From an uncultured Opitutales bacterium (GTDB taxonomy: Bacteria > Verrucomicrobiota > Verrucomicrobiia > Opitutales > UBA2987), in NCBI GenBank assembly GCA_964542645.1, contig CAZIUG010000008.1, positions 145,848 through 209,847 on the forward strand: a stretch of 64,000 nt of DNA, read 5' to 3'. A model generated the notes under the pieces. That model searched no databases, was not told where the DNA came from, and worked only from the letters and a program-made list of their open reading frames with translations. The position numbers were made by a program, and so were the translations under genes. Numbering within the stretch: the stretch's first letter is position 1; every line of letters starts with the position of its first letter. This document shows, piece after piece, positions 63,441 to 64,000 of the stretch.

Positions 63441-63781
63441 TGGGAAAAACTATATTCGAAAAGATAATCGCCCGGGATATCCCAGCCGAAATTGAATACG
63501 AGGACGATCTTTGTATCGCTATTCACGACCTCAATCCTAAAGCCCCTACCCACATCCTCGTAATTCCCAAAAAGGTAATTCACCGCATTGGAGACGCTGA
63601 TGATAATGATCGTGAAATCCTCGGCCATCTTCTCCTAACAGCCGCCAACATCTCCAAGAAAAACAAACTCTCCTCCGGTTTTCGTGTTGTCATTAACAAC
63701 GGTCCCCACGGTGGTGAAAGCGTGCCCCATATGCACATCCACCTCCTTGGAGGCCGCCAAATGGCCTGGCCCCCAGGCTAA
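63440..63781 (+). CDS. HIT-family (HinT-like) nucleotide hydrolase
   Basis: ATG at 63440 (MGKTIFEKIIARDIPAEIEYEDD...) with histidine triad HMHIHLLGG, 113 aa. The track ORF start at 63332 overlaps the previous gene. Confidence 0.9.
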   Translation: MGKTIFEKIIARDIPAEIEYEDDLCIAIHDLNPKAPTHILVIPKKVIHRIGDADDNDREILGHLLLTAANISKKNKLSSGFRVVINNGPHGGESVPHMHIHLLGGRQMAWPPG

Positions 63782-64000
63782 ATAATTGGCAGAAGAGCGG
63801 CCCTATAATTTCCTACCTCAACAACACCGAATTGCCTCCCCTAAAAACTCAAGGAGATCTGTAGTCCTGATAGCTTCTGCTCCTCGACGACGAACCAGTT
63901 GATCGCACGCTAAGCCATGAAGTGCAACGGCTTGGCAAGCAGCCGTCAACCCATCGGCACTTGGACGAGCCAACATGCTGCCAACTAATCCTGCCAATAA
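63638..64000 (-). CDS. 3' part of a YjeF-C / NAD(P)H-hydrate dehydratase-like (carbohydrate-kinase fold) gene, truncated by the window edge
   Basis: Not in the supplied ORF track. My hand translation from 64000 downward is LLAGLVGSMLARPSADGLTAACQAVALHGLACDQLVRRRGAEAIRTTDLLEFLG..., which matches the Nnr C-terminal pattern. The first in-frame stop is TAG at 63635-63637. Confidence 0.5.

Overview
Calls rest on reading the ORF translations, motifs and operon context only; no database search was possible. The window is almost entirely conserved bacterial housekeeping DNA. Gene content and protein style tentatively suggest a PVC-group / Verrucomicrobiota-like genome, which is unverified. Every gene from 7891 to 61653 is on the minus strand. 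The core of that run is one collinear transcription/translation block (45824 down to 14306): tRNA-Thr, tuf, tRNA-Trp, secE, nusG, rplKAJL, rpoBC, rpsLG, fusA, the S10, spc and alpha operons, and a small unannotated ORF. Downstream follow guaA, hisD-hisC-hisB and gltA. Upstream lie an IlvD/Edd-family dehydratase, a TPR/ExbB/ExbD/TonB-like module, an ADP-ribosylglycohydrolase, lnt, secA, a UDP-glucuronate decarboxylase and tgt. The left edge holds the gyrA 3' end, a DnaQ-like exonuclease, an IMPase-family (HisN-like) phosphatase, a hexapeptide-repeat protein, tRNA-Gly, a cytoplasmic PAS kinase with a sigma54-type regulator, and a membrane protein. The right edge holds a codon-overlapping set (trpG/pabA, nrdR, unknown, HIT) and a truncated Nnr-like gene. 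I found no rRNA, CRISPR array, transposase, integrase, phage gene or recognisable defence or toxin module, and no convincing new multi-gene system. The best leads are modest. They are a membrane-anchored zinc-ribbon micro-ORF coupled to rplQ, an atypical TPR-ExbB-ExbD-TonB-like module, disordered or hydrophobic extensions on S11, L17 and SecY, a 21-nt tandem duplication at the rpoB start, an unknown 156-aa protein coupled to nrdR, and a 421-nt noncoding gap.
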